Source: an uncultured delta proteobacterium (GTDB taxonomy: Bacteria; Desulfobacterota; Binatia; UBA9968). From it: DNA of 64,000 nt. Numbering within the stretch: the first letter of the stretch is position 1; each line of letters begins with the position of its first letter. The stretch lies in contig CAVSLC010000005.1 in assembly GCA_963728565.1 (NCBI GenBank), forward strand, positions 128,001 through 192,000, read 5' to 3'. The notes under the pieces are model-generated. The model had not been told where the DNA came from and ran no database searches. It saw nothing but the letters and a program-made list of their open reading frames with translations. The position numbers were made by a program, and so were the translations under genes. This document shows positions 52,288 to 62,423 of this stretch, one piece after another.

Positions 52288-53232
52288 ATGAAAGCTGAAG
52301 GGACAAGGAGCGCATCATCCATCTCGGTGTGGCCCCATCGGCTGGCGGTGATCACGGCTTGCGCGACATTTCCGTTATTGTTTATCGGCGGTCTTGTTAC
52401 CAGCAAGGGCGCTGGGTTGGCGGTCCCTGATTGGCCCACCACCTTCGGCTACAACATGTTTCTTTATCCCTGGTCGAAGATGGTCGGCAACATCTTCTAC
52501 GAGCATAGCCACCGACTGGTTGCTTCAGCCGTAGGATTCTTGACCATTGCGTTAGCCGTGTCGCTATGGTTACAGGAGCGCCGCAAATGGTTGCGCTGGC
52601 TGGGAGTGATCGCGCTCGCGCTGGTCGTCGTACAAGGCGTGCTCGGCGGTTTACGGGTAACCTTGTTGGAACAGTCCCTGGCGATTGTTCATGCCTCGTT
52701 GGCTCAAGCTTTCTTTGCGCTTACGGTAAGCCTGGCTCTGTTTACTTCTCCAGAGTGGCGCGAGAAGATCGCCGAACCGCCGCTCGCCGCTTATGGACGT
52801 TTGCGCCGCCTTGCCAGCGTGACAACCGGACTCATCTACCTGCAAGTGTTGTTTGGCGCGCTCCTGCGGCATACCGGGGAGCGACTCGATGCCCATTTGT
52901 TGTTTGCCGCCCTGGTAACGTTGCACGTTATCCTTCTCACCGCCAGGATTATCAAAGACCACAGTGATCATCGTCGGCTTACCCGTCCGGCGCTGTTTCT
53001 CAGTGCAATGTTGTTGCTGCAGCTATTCTTGGGGACGGTCTCGTATCTCGCTAAATTTACCACCATACTAAGAGTACCCGTCGATGCGACGGTGTTTCTT
53101 ACCACGACGCATCTGGCGGCAGGCGCTCTGATGCTCGCGACAAGTCTGATACTGACATTGCGATCTTATCGTTACCCAACCGTCCGGTCTGCCGCGGGAC
53201 AAGAAGTTTTTACGGAGCAGTATTCCCTGTGA
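52288..53232 (+). CDS. ctaA: heme A synthase (COX15/CtaA family)
   Basis: GGLVTS..AGLAVPDWP, EHSHRL, QGVLGGLRV, VHA. Confidence 0.88.
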   Translation: MKAEGTRSASSISVWPHRLAVITACATFPLLFIGGLVTSKGAGLAVPDWPTTFGYNMFLYPWSKMVGNIFYEHSHRLVASAVGFLTIALAVSLWLQERRKWLRWLGVIALALVVVQGVLGGLRVTLLEQSLAIVHASLAQAFFALTVSLALFTSPEWREKIAEPPLAAYGRLRRLASVTTGLIYLQVLFGALLRHTGERLDAHLLFAALVTLHVILLTARIIKDHSDHRRLTRPALFLSAMLLLQLFLGTVSYLAKFTTILRVPVDATVFLTTTHLAAGALMLATSLILTLRSYRYPTVRSAAGQEVFTEQYSL

Positions 53233-54137
53233 TGAACTCGAACGCTCAAACCCTCGACTTGCCGACGGCGCGTGTGATTCGCCGGGTAGCGGATTTCTGC
53301 GAGCTTGCCAAGCCGAGGGTTGTGCTCATGGTGCTGATTACGGCATTTGTCGGTTTTTACGTCGGCTCTTCCGATGTGCCGGATTATTCTCGGCTACTTA
53401 AAATGCTCCTCGGCACTGCGCTGGCGGCTGGCGGTACATTGGCGCTGAACCAGTTTATCGAGCGTCGAAGCGATGCTCTGATGACCCGGACGCGCCACCG
53501 GCCGATTCCGGACGGGCGGGTCACGCCGGTAGAAGCTTTTTGGTTTGGCTTGGCGGTGACTATAGCCGGGCTTGCCTATCTCGCTGTAGCCGTGAATGCC
53601 ATCAGTGCCGCAATTACCGCGCTGATCACGGTGACTTACTTACTCTTCTATACGCCGATGAAGCGAAAGAGCCCGTTGTGCTTGATCGTCGGCGCGATCC
53701 CCGGCGCCCTGCCTCCGGTGATCGGCTGCGTAGCCGCCAGAGGCATCTTGGATGTCGATGCCTGGGTCTTGTTTGCAATTCTATTTCTCTGGCAGGTGCC
53801 GCATACATTAGCGATTGCCTGGTTGTACCGTGACGATTATGCGAAAGCAGGAATTCAATTTCTACCGGTCATTGAGCCTGGAAGCTCCAGCACCAATCGC
53901 CAAATCGTTTCTCACTGCGCTGCTTTGCTGGCCGTCAGTCTGTTGCCGACCCTTCTGGGCTTAGCGGGTGCAGTTTATTTCGTAGTCGCGTTCGTTCTTG
54001 GCGTTGGATTTCTCGTCAGTGGGCTCCGCTTGGCAATGGAATCGACCTTGATTGGCGCTCGCCGGCTATTATACGCTTCATTGATTTATCTGCCGGTGCT
54101 GTTGTTAATGATGGCCCTGGACCGGGTGCCGTCATGA
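53229..54137 (+). CDS. cyoE: protoheme IX farnesyltransferase (heme O synthase)
   Basis: LAKPRV, D.LM.RTRHRP, YTPMKR, GALPP, LWQVPH, DDY. Confidence 0.95.
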   Translation: MMNSNAQTLDLPTARVIRRVADFCELAKPRVVLMVLITAFVGFYVGSSDVPDYSRLLKMLLGTALAAGGTLALNQFIERRSDALMTRTRHRPIPDGRVTPVEAFWFGLAVTIAGLAYLAVAVNAISAAITALITVTYLLFYTPMKRKSPLCLIVGAIPGALPPVIGCVAARGILDVDAWVLFAILFLWQVPHTLAIAWLYRDDYAKAGIQFLPVIEPGSSSTNRQIVSHCAALLAVSLLPTLLGLAGAVYFVVAFVLGVGFLVSGLRLAMESTLIGARRLLYASLIYLPVLLLMMALDRVPS

Positions 54138-54265
54138 GTAAGACGATGAACGGTATTTTTTCAGTAAGAGAAGATCGGGGAAAGAATCGGCGTCTTGGAT
54201 CTGTCTTGGCGTTAGCGCTGGTGCTCTATATCGGCGCGGTTATCGCCTTCATCATTGCATATTGA
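54134..54265 (+). CDS. 43-aa single-TM protein within the cox operon (absent from ORF track)
   Basis: ATGA overlap with the cyoE stop; MSKTMNGIFSVREDRGKNRRLGSVLALALVLYIGAVIAFIIAY. Confidence 0.65.
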   Translation: MSKTMNGIFSVREDRGKNRRLGSVLALALVLYIGAVIAFIIAY

Positions 54266-54330
54266 GAAACCAGATCGGCGAGAGCTGATTGACGAGCGGG
54301 AGCATTTCGTAATCTTAATCCGCGACGATT

Positions 54331-54993
54331 ATGGCAAGAACTTCGACGGCACGACGACTCGACGAAGCGCCGATTGCTCCGGCGACTCGGCTCGAGTTTG
54401 GCGGCGGTGATCCGCCGGCGCCTCCGGTGCAACCCAATGCGCCGATTGCTAGTAATGCTTGGCTCGCAACCGTCATGTTTCTTGGCGCTGAGGCGATGTT
54501 CTTTGCCGGGCTCATCGGCGCGTTCATCGTCTTTCGAATCGGCAGTTCGATATGGCCGCCGCCGTTTCAACCCAGATTGCCGGTCGGTATCACCGGTGTG
54601 AATACAATTGTTTTGCTTGCCAGTGCGGTGACCATGCATATGGCACTCCGCTCGGTTCGTGCCGGAGCGATGCGCCGTCTAAAACGTATGTTGGCCATCA
54701 CCGCCGCGCTCGGCGGTGTGTTCCTGCTGATCCAAGGGTACGAATGGGCTCGGCTGATTCACTTCGGGCTGACGCTTTCGAGCAGTATTTACGGCGGGCT
54801 ATTTTATACTTTGATCGGATTTCACGCATTCCATGTGGCCGGCGCGCTGGCCTGGTTGATTTTGGTGTTTGTGCGAGCCGACCGGGGTTACTTCTCCCGA
54901 CAAAAATACACCGGCGTGCAAGTCTGCGCCATGTATTGGACGTTTGTTGTCGCCTTATGGCCGGTCCTTTACGGTCTGGTGTATTTGTACTGA
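54331..54993 (+). CDS. cytochrome c oxidase subunit III (copy a)
   Basis: FLGAEAMFF, NT.VLLAS, GFHAFHV, YWTFV. Confidence 0.92.
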   Translation: MARTSTARRLDEAPIAPATRLEFGGGDPPAPPVQPNAPIASNAWLATVMFLGAEAMFFAGLIGAFIVFRIGSSIWPPPFQPRLPVGITGVNTIVLLASAVTMHMALRSVRAGAMRRLKRMLAITAALGGVFLLIQGYEWARLIHFGLTLSSSIYGGLFYTLIGFHAFHVAGALAWLILVFVRADRGYFSRQKYTGVQVCAMYWTFVVALWPVLYGLVYLY

Positions 54994-55046
54994 TGGTTTG
55001 TTGACAGCGAAAAGATGATCCGTTAGCTTCGCCTCGTTATCTGACG

Positions 55047-55337
55047 ATGACTGCATCAATGAAAAAGATTCTGCCGCTTGCTTGCCTGGCGCTTTTGGCG
55101 CCGACGCTGGCGCATGCTTGCGCGGTTTGCCTGACCGGCGCAGGTGATGACTCGGTCGCGGAAGCGTTCAACATGAGCGTGTTGTTCTTGATGGCAACCC
55201 CCTATGCCGTTGTCGGCGGGATTGTCAGTTGCCTGATTTATGTCAAGCGTGGCAAGGCCGCGGACGTTAAAACGAAACCGGACGGCGAGCCGGCAATGCC
55301 TTTAGCAACGATTCAGAAGGAGAGTGCAACAAGATGA
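55047..55337 (+). CDS. small exported/membrane protein with CxxC
   Basis: Signal peptide ending AHA, then CAVC, then a C-terminal TM segment. Confidence 0.75.
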   Translation: MTASMKKILPLACLALLAPTLAHACAVCLTGAGDDSVAEAFNMSVLFLMATPYAVVGGIVSCLIYVKRGKAADVKTKPDGEPAMPLATIQKESATR

Positions 55338-55942
55338 GTGAAGCTGCTGCGGCGCATCCCGGAGTTGAACCGGCCGAGTCGCCTTTGACTCCCGACAGCT
55401 GGGGCAAACTGGGCATGTGGAATTTTCTCGCCGGTGATGCGATGTCTTTCGGTGGATTGATCGTCGGCTACGGGATCCTCCGTTATTCGAGTTCCAGTTG
55501 GCCGCCGCCCTCGGAAGTCCTGGGCATTAATTTGACCGCCCTGATGACTTTGTTGCTGATTATCAGCAGTGTGACGATGGTTTTGGCATTGGCCGCGGTC
55601 CAGTCAGGCGACAAGGCCAGGTTCAAGAAGTTTATGGCGTTTACGATCCTCGGCGGCGCGCTCTTTCTCGGCTGTCAAGCCTATGAGTGGACGCACTTGA
55701 TCCATGAGACACTGCCTCACCATAAGCTTTCGTTCTCGAGTCACCTATTTGCCACGACATTCTTCGTTCTGACCGGCTTCCACGGCCTGCATGTAACCGG
55801 TGGTGTCATCTACAACACAGTGGTGCTGACATTGGTCAGCAAGGGCCGATGGGGCGCCAATCACGTCGAGATTGCCGGTCTTTATTGGCATTTCGTCGAC
55901 CTGGTGTGGATTCTGATCTTCACGTTTGTCTACTTACTGTAG
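55334..55942 (+). CDS. cytochrome c oxidase subunit III (copy b)
   Basis: KLGMW.FL..DAMSF, TGFHGLHV, GLYWHFVDLVWI. Confidence 0.93.
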   Translation: MSEAAAAHPGVEPAESPLTPDSWGKLGMWNFLAGDAMSFGGLIVGYGILRYSSSSWPPPSEVLGINLTALMTLLLIISSVTMVLALAAVQSGDKARFKKFMAFTILGGALFLGCQAYEWTHLIHETLPHHKLSFSSHLFATTFFVLTGFHGLHVTGGVIYNTVVLTLVSKGRWGANHVEIAGLYWHFVDLVWILIFTFVYLL

Positions 55943-55959
55943 GTTCTTAGGGGAACGAC

Positions 55960-56238
55960 ATGGCTACGACAACTCATACGCATCCTAATTACATGGGGAT
56001 TTTTTGGGTGCTTCTGGTGCTCACGGTGGTGGAGGTAGGGATTACCTTTTTAGGACTGCCGAAAATGTTGCTGGGTTCTCTGCTCGTGATCCTGGCGGTA
56101 TGGAAAGCCGCACTGGTGGCGATGTATTTCATGCATCTGAAGTTTGAGCGAAAAACTCTGGCAATGATCGCGATTGTGCCGTTTATCCTCTGTCTGTTCT
56201 TGATTTTGATGCTGCTGCCCGATATCGGTCCCGCTTGA
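55960..56238 (+). CDS. cytochrome c oxidase subunit IV family protein
   Basis: LTVVEV...KAALVAMYFMHLKFE. Confidence 0.9.
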   Translation: MATTTHTHPNYMGIFWVLLVLTVVEVGITFLGLPKMLLGSLLVILAVWKAALVAMYFMHLKFERKTLAMIAIVPFILCLFLILMLLPDIGPA

Positions 56239-56663
56239 TTGAAATCACTTCCTTGCCGGCGCTTAACGCGGCGCTAAATTCACTCAGCGCCGTTCTGTTG
56301 TTAACCGGCTATCGGTTTATCAGAGCTGGCAATCAATCAGCGCACCGCGCCAGCATGCTCGCAGCATGCGCTTGCTCGACCCTGTTTTTGATTTCCTATC
56401 TGGTTTACCACTTTCATGTCGGTTCCGTGGCTTTCAAAGGTCAAGGCTTGATCCGGCCAATCTATTTTACGATTCTGATTTCGCATACCATCCTGGCGAC
56501 CGCGGTTGTGCCGCTGGCGATCATCACCTTACTTCGAGGTCTGCAGGAAAATTTCATCAAGCATCGTCGTATCGCCCGATGGACCTTTCCGATATGGATG
56601 TATGTTTCCGTCACCGGCGTAATCGTCTATTGGATGCTTTACTGGTTGGTTCCATCGCGTTGA
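56235..56663 (+). CDS. DUF420 (CtaM-like) membrane protein
   Basis: LPALNA.LN, FLISYL.YH, HRRIARWT.PIW.YVS.TG. Confidence 0.9.
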   Translation: MIEITSLPALNAALNSLSAVLLLTGYRFIRAGNQSAHRASMLAACACSTLFLISYLVYHFHVGSVAFKGQGLIRPIYFTILISHTILATAVVPLAIITLLRGLQENFIKHRRIARWTFPIWMYVSVTGVIVYWMLYWLVPSR

Positions 56664-56785
56664 TTGCTGATCTGGCGGCGGTTGTGTTCCGCGCGGGATC
56701 CGCAGTACAGATGAGCGACATCACTGAGAATGCGCAGTCTGACTTCGCATCAATATCTTTGATCTCGAGATTGTGGAGGGTTTTC

Positions 56786-57586
56786 GTGAAAACTATTGGA
56801 ATCGTCGGTTGCGGCGCCATCGGTCGCGCGCTGGTTGCGGCCAGGGAAAGCGGCAGTTTGCCTGTGCGCATCGCGGGGATTACCAGTCGAAGCGAGCAGC
56901 ATGCGATTGAGTTTCTCTCTAGGTTCAAAAGCCCTCCACCGTACCTGTCGTTGCCCGAGCTGATCGACGCTGCCGATTTGCTCGTCGAAGCGGCCGGCGG
57001 CCCGGTCGTGCCTGGATTGGCAAAGGATGTCTTTGCAGCGGGCAAGGATCTTATGGTGATCAGCGTTGGCGCTCTGCTCGACCATCCGGAGATCATCGAA
57101 ACCTCCCGCCGCACCGGTTGCCGCTTATATATCCCATCTGGAGCCATCGTGGGTTTGGACGGCATCAAATCGGCTTGTGTGGGGCAGATCACGCATGTCA
57201 CGATGACCACGCGCAAGCCGCCTGGCGGACTGGAAGGCGCGCCGCATCTCGTGCAAAACCAGATCTCGCTAGACGGACTGGCTGAAGAAACGGAGGTCTT
57301 CTCCGGCACCGCCCGCGAGGCGTGCAAAGGATTTCCGGCCAACGTGAACGTTTCGGCCGCGGTGAGCCTGGCCGGCATTGGTCCTGATCGAACGCGAATT
57401 CGCATCCTGGCCGTTCCGGGGCTCAAGCGGAATTGCCATGACATCGAAATCGAAGGCGAGTTCGGCCGCATGCTGATGCACATCGAAAATGTTCCCAGCG
57501 AAAATCCGAAAACCGGAAAATTGACTGTGCTGTCGATCATTCGCGCGCTGCGCGACGTCGTAGATCCCGTGCGCATCGGCAACTAG
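56786..57586 (+). CDS. L-aspartate dehydrogenase (NadX/DUF108) family
   Basis: IGIVGCGAIG, VEAAG, SVGAL, PSGAI.GLD, FPANVNV, NPKT. Confidence 0.88.
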   Translation: MKTIGIVGCGAIGRALVAARESGSLPVRIAGITSRSEQHAIEFLSRFKSPPPYLSLPELIDAADLLVEAAGGPVVPGLAKDVFAAGKDLMVISVGALLDHPEIIETSRRTGCRLYIPSGAIVGLDGIKSACVGQITHVTMTTRKPPGGLEGAPHLVQNQISLDGLAEETEVFSGTAREACKGFPANVNVSAAVSLAGIGPDRTRIRILAVPGLKRNCHDIEIEGEFGRMLMHIENVPSENPKTGKLTVLSIIRALRDVVDPVRIGN

Positions 57587-57594
57587 AGTGGCTG

Positions 57595-59190
57595 ATGAAC
57601 AATAGCGATGTCATTGTCGGCATGCTGGAGAAAGCAGGCGTGCGCTGGGTTTTCGGTGTACCCAGCGGTCCGGTCCTTCCGCTGATCGAGTCGTTGCAGC
57701 GAAGTTCCATTGAATTCATTCTGACGGCGAGTGAAACGTCAGCAGGGTTTATGGCATCGGTGGTTGGATACTTGACCGGGCGCCCGGGTGTTTGTGTTTC
57801 TACGGTGGGGCCCGGAGCGACCAACCTTACCACTGGCGTGGGTTGCGCCTGGCTCGATCGGGCGCCGGTGCTGGCGCTGACGTGCAATGTTTCGAGCGCC
57901 TGGCTCGGCCGCCGCATTCAGATGCGCATTGATCATCAAGCCTTATTCAAGCCGATTACCAAGGGAACTTTTTCTTTTAGCGAAGGCCAGGTCAGTCAAT
58001 TATTGGCGCAGGCCTTGGCGATTGCCGGTGACGAACCGCCCGGACCGGTTCATCTGGATTTCCCTGAAGACGTGGCTCTAGCGAGTGGAGCCGAGGAGTG
58101 GAATCACGCGATTGAGGCGAAACTCCTTGCGGATTGTTCCGAATCGATCGCTCAAGCGCTTTCGCAAGCTCTCCATAAATCGCAGCGGCCGCTGGTGGTC
58201 ACCGGACTTACTTTCGCCCGCCATAACAATTCGGACAAGCTGCTGCAGTTTATCGAACGACAAAAGATACCTTTCGTGTCGACGCTCCATGGCAAAGGCT
58301 TTTTACCGGAGAGCCATTTGAATTGGGCGGGCGTCATCGGCCGCGCGCGCCGAACCGACATCAAACGTTTCACCGCTCAGGCCGACTTGATTATTGCGGT
58401 GGGTTACGATCCGATCGAGATGAATTATGAGGAATGGGTTGGCCAAACTCCGGTCATCCATATCAGCACCGAGCCGGCTGAGGATGATGGCAGTATCACA
58501 TTTATCTGGAATCAGTCTTGTAATTTCGATGCGGCGGTTACCGCGATGGCAAAGGCTCCGCCAGTTTCCAACATATGGTCTGTCGAGGATTGGCGCGAAC
58601 ATCGTATGTCATTCGATCGCGCGCTGCGTCCGGCCGGCAGCCGGTTTGCCGCGCATCACGTGTTGGATATTCTGCGTGAGAAGCTCGCATCCGATGGCAT
58701 CCTTGCCTACGATGTCGGCGCGCATACGCATCAAATCGCCAGTCAATGGCGCACCGATTGTCCGAAGTCCTTGCTTGCCACCAATGGCTGGTCCTCCATG
58801 GGCTATGGCATGCCGGCGGCATATGCGGCCAAGCTGGTGTTCCCTAACCGAGAAGTTGTTGCGGTGGTAGGCGACGGCGGCTTTCAGATGACCGCGGGCG
58901 AACTATCGCTTGCGCGCCGCTTGCGCTTGCAAGTGCCGGTGATCGTTCTGAACGACGGCTGGCTGGGTTTGATGAAAGTGAAGCAGGAGCGCAAGCACTA
59001 CCATCTCTCGGGAGTTCATCTCGGTCCGCCGCCCGAGTCGCCGCCACATTATTTCGGTGTGCCATGCCGGCCGGCTAAAACTCCTGATGAATTCAGTCAG
59101 GCGCTGCAATGGGCGTTGACACTGGACGGTCCCAGCATCATCGAAGCTTTCATCGATGTCGAGCCTTACTCCCAGACCGTCTTCGACTGA
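57595..59190 (+). CDS. thiamine pyrophosphate-dependent enzyme (acetolactate synthase-like)
   Basis: GPGATN, PPGPVHLD, SSMGYGMP, GDGGFQM...ND. Confidence 0.92.
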   Translation: MNNSDVIVGMLEKAGVRWVFGVPSGPVLPLIESLQRSSIEFILTASETSAGFMASVVGYLTGRPGVCVSTVGPGATNLTTGVGCAWLDRAPVLALTCNVSSAWLGRRIQMRIDHQALFKPITKGTFSFSEGQVSQLLAQALAIAGDEPPGPVHLDFPEDVALASGAEEWNHAIEAKLLADCSESIAQALSQALHKSQRPLVVTGLTFARHNNSDKLLQFIERQKIPFVSTLHGKGFLPESHLNWAGVIGRARRTDIKRFTAQADLIIAVGYDPIEMNYEEWVGQTPVIHISTEPAEDDGSITFIWNQSCNFDAAVTAMAKAPPVSNIWSVEDWREHRMSFDRALRPAGSRFAAHHVLDILREKLASDGILAYDVGAHTHQIASQWRTDCPKSLLATNGWSSMGYGMPAAYAAKLVFPNREVVAVVGDGGFQMTAGELSLARRLRLQVPVIVLNDGWLGLMKVKQERKHYHLSGVHLGPPPESPPHYFGVPCRPAKTPDEFSQALQWALTLDGPSIIEAFIDVEPYSQTVFD

Positions 59191-59447
59191 ACTCAATCCT
59201 CGTATAAAAATCAGCAACTACTACCAAGCGACGGGTCCGGTGGCGCAAGGGCATAGAACCCATAGTATCCAATTCCAATTCCTTATGGTGCATGGTTCAG
59301 GGTTCATAATTTTCGCGTCACCTGCAGCATCGGCTGCGGTTTCTAACCGGGGATCGGCCACGGACGCATTGCTTTGGCGCCTCAGAGTTAGCGGGCTTCT
59401 CGCTGTCACTTCGACCGACGGAGCCTGGCCTGAAAGCAGATGCATCG

Positions 59448-60662
59448 ATGGATGAATCATTCGTCAGACGGGATCGCTTTCGCTGGGCGATTCTCGCGTT
59501 GATCAGCGCTTCTCACGTGATCGGCGCGGCGGCGCAATACGGCATCAATACTTTAGCGCCTTTCTACAAAGAAGAACTGAGTTTGTCGCGCGCGCAAGTC
59601 GGTCTATTTTTCTCGGCGTTTTACCTGGCGATGACCGGCGCTTCCTTCGGCACAGGATGGCTCGCCGACCGGCTCGGCGTGCGCAAGACGTCCTTGCAGG
59701 GACATCTGATTCTAGGCCTGTGCACCCTTGCGGCTGCGCTTGCGCCTTCCTTCACTTGGGCCTTCGCCAGCTTTTTTCTTGCCGGGTTTGGCTATAGTTT
59801 TCTTAATCCGGCATCGACCAAAGGCGTGATGTCGTGGTTTCATCGCGATCAACGGGCCACGGCAATGGGCATCAAGCAGACTGGAGTACCGGCGGGCGGT
59901 GTCGTGACCGCGATGCTCGCGCCTGCGCTGGTCTTGCTCATCGGCTGGCGCGGCGCGCTGGCTGCGCTGGGCATGATCAATTTTCTATTCGGCTTTTTGT
60001 TCTGGTTTTTCTGGCGCGACCCGGTAGGAAATTCGCTCAAACAAGATTTTCCGGAGCGTGCGGCGGATGATGCGACAGCGCCGCTCGACATCTGGAGTCT
60101 TCTTCCAGTCAGCTGCGGCACCGCCATTTACCTGGTCGGGCAAATGGCTTTGATCACCTATACACCGCTCTATTTGAAAGATGCGATGGGCTTTTCCCCG
60201 TACTGGGCGAGCCAGGCTTTGGCCCTAACACAGGCCGGCGGCATGGTAGGACGCATCGGTTGGGGCGTTGCCAGCGACCGGCTGTTTGACGGCCGGCGCA
60301 AAATCGTTTTGGTTGTCATCGGCGTATCGTCGGCACTTCTGATTCTGGCGTTGAGCCTGATGACGCCGGAATCGTCGACTTACCTGTTGCTACCTCTATT
60401 GTTTTTAGCGGGCGTCTGCCTGGTCGGGTACCAAGGCGTTTCCTACGCGCTTATCGGCGAGATCGCCGGCAAAGCCAGAACCGGGGCGGGTTTGGGCCTG
60501 ATGATCACGATCAACGCGGGATGCGCGACTCTCGGCACACCGATCTTCGGCTACATCGTCGATCGCACCGGATCGTATGCCATCGCATGGCAGGTGCTGG
60601 GGGCGTTTCTTACGGTGGGTATTATCGGATTGGTTACTTTGCTAAAGGATCCACGGGAGTGA
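59448..60662 (+). CDS. MFS transporter
   Basis: GWLADRLGVRK motif A; about 12 TM segments. Confidence 0.92.
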   Translation: MDESFVRRDRFRWAILALISASHVIGAAAQYGINTLAPFYKEELSLSRAQVGLFFSAFYLAMTGASFGTGWLADRLGVRKTSLQGHLILGLCTLAAALAPSFTWAFASFFLAGFGYSFLNPASTKGVMSWFHRDQRATAMGIKQTGVPAGGVVTAMLAPALVLLIGWRGALAALGMINFLFGFLFWFFWRDPVGNSLKQDFPERAADDATAPLDIWSLLPVSCGTAIYLVGQMALITYTPLYLKDAMGFSPYWASQALALTQAGGMVGRIGWGVASDRLFDGRRKIVLVVIGVSSALLILALSLMTPESSTYLLLPLLFLAGVCLVGYQGVSYALIGEIAGKARTGAGLGLMITINAGCATLGTPIFGYIVDRTGSYAIAWQVLGAFLTVGIIGLVTLLKDPRE

Positions 60663-60805
60663 ATACTGTTGAAACGTCAGATCGTTCAACACGGACTCAG
60701 TAGGCTTACAGCACCCTGGGGTCTACCAGGTCTCTATATTTAGGCGAGCAGGCTATGTGTGTCACGGCCCGCGGTGGTAATGTTGTGTCCGGTGCTTTGT
60801 CGAAC

Positions 60806-61495
60806 TCATCTGATAAAGAGTGCGGCTCCCGCCGCCTTGGTTGCGGTGAAAACACCCAGCTTCGTCACTGTATAGTGGCCAGAAGCGTAGACAGGGCCTT
60901 CATTCAAGCGGTATCCGAAGCCCATCGTTAGGTGAAGCTGACTGCGATATTCCATATCCATGAGGTGATCGATCTCGACGTAATAGCCCTCGAAAAGACC
61001 GGCTGGAGTGTCAAATTGAGAAAACGATGGCGGCTTTAAAAGATGGGTGACACGGCCGCCACGCTTAAGTTTGCCGGTTTCAAGATTGTACATTTTGTAT
61101 CCTGTCTCGCTCCTCATGACGGATGAATTGATGTTGGCCGGCATGATTGGCAGCGCCGGTTCGTAGAGGATGTAACTGTCGTTCTTAACCAAATCGAGTC
61201 GCTCCATCATCAGCGCACCGTCTGATCCTCGCACCACGTGAATGGCCGCGTAATCTCCGAAGATAAGCTTCCATCTTTTTTCGTTTGAAAGATCAGGTTG
61301 GGATATCAGCGAGACCACTCGGCCACGGTCCTTGCCTTCGGTGATTTTGAATTGCTTCTGCCAACTAGCAAGCGGGATAAGCTCGCGGACAGTTGCCTCG
61401 TTCGACATCGGAAACGACCATGCGACCTTGGCGCTGGCGAACGTCACTAAGAAACAAACTACGAGATTTATAACCAAACAGGGAAAGCGTCGCAT
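60806..61495 (-). CDS. hypothetical exported protein
   Basis: Long open frame with an N-terminal signal peptide; no recognised domain. Confidence 0.65.
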   Translation of the reverse strand: MRRFPCLVINLVVCFLVTFASAKVAWSFPMSNEATVRELIPLASWQKQFKITEGKDRGRVVSLISQPDLSNEKRWKLIFGDYAAIHVVRGSDGALMMERLDLVKNDSYILYEPALPIMPANINSSVMRSETGYKMYNLETGKLKRGGRVTHLLKPPSFSQFDTPAGLFEGYYVEIDHLMDMEYRSQLHLTMGFGYRLNEGPVYASGHYTVTKLGVFTATKAAGAALFIR

Positions 61496-61668
61496 CTTTC
61501 GTTTTTCCTCTATAACGATCTTTATCCACCCTTCAGGAAGCAACTTTAGAGAATTGACTGGATTTCCAGGTTCCTAGTACAAAATGTTGGATTGACCCGC
61601 CAGAGGCTAGAAGCACATCGTGATGCAGCGCCACCTCTTGATAACGTCTTCAAAGCAGTACAAGAAGC

Positions 61669-61696
61669 CGAAAGGCCGGAGTTATCCGGCCTTTCG
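61669..61696. terminator. hairpin, probable terminator of the peptidoglycan-binding gene
   Basis: CGAAAGGCCGGA-GTTA-TCCGGCCTTTCG. Confidence 0.65.
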
Positions 61697-61724
61697 CATC
61701 GTTGATTCGGTCTACTTGGTTGAT

Positions 61725-62201
61725 CTATTTGGCGCTCGATTTGCCAGTGGATCCGGTCGATTTGTCGGTAGATCCGCTTGGCATGCCGCTCGAGCCGGTG
61801 GATTTATCGCCTGCCTTAGTTGATGAACTTAGATTTACTCCTAACGCTGCCGCCGTTTTTTCATCCACGGTACCGGTCAAGGTAAGATTATTGGCCTTTT
61901 GAAATGCTCGAATCGCATCGCGGGTTTGGTCGTCCATCTTTCCGCTCGTCCCCGGCTTATGACCCTTAGCTTTCAAAGCGTCTTGTACCTTTTTAATATC
62001 CTGAGCAGACATTGCAGCGCCTGTTTTACTCTCGGACGCCCTCGGCGGTAACGCTTGATCATCGTTCGGTTTTGTCGGGATTCGGTCCTGGGCCGCGGGT
62101 ACGCTCTTTTTTTCGACGGTTTGTGCCCACAGTGGATTTGCTGCCAAGCCGATTGTTCCTCCAAGGATTACTGCGGTCAGCATTGATCGTTTATTTTTCA
62201 T
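61725..62201 (-). CDS. exported peptidoglycan-binding domain (PG_binding_1) protein
   Basis: IKKVQDALKAKG..G.MDDQTRDAIRAFQKANNL..TG.VDEKT; Ser/Gly/Lys-rich tail. Confidence 0.85.
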   Translation of the reverse strand: MKNKRSMLTAVILGGTIGLAANPLWAQTVEKKSVPAAQDRIPTKPNDDQALPPRASESKTGAAMSAQDIKKVQDALKAKGHKPGTSGKMDDQTRDAIRAFQKANNLTLTGTVDEKTAAALGVNLSSSTKAGDKSTGSSGMPSGSTDKSTGSTGKSSAK

Positions 62202-62423
62202 CTTTATTCCTCATATGCCAGGTTGAAAACGTAGACAATCGGATAGGTGTGCGAAGTAAAACTCCTCCACTTCGCGGGGAATGAGTGAAAAATGGAGAAA
62301 TACAGGAGGTAGTAACGGTTGGCCTAATCCACTTCTGGTATCAAGCTAAGCATGAAAAGGGGCTTGTCAATCGCTCTCTCACGATTGACCGGCAGCTTCT
62401 TAAAACCTCATCCGAACTGAGTT

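Noticed and set aside
61725-61830. GATAAATCCACCGG/GACAAATCGACCGG repeat as a regulatory array
   Set aside because: It simply encodes the low-complexity DKSTGS tail of the peptidoglycan-binding protein.
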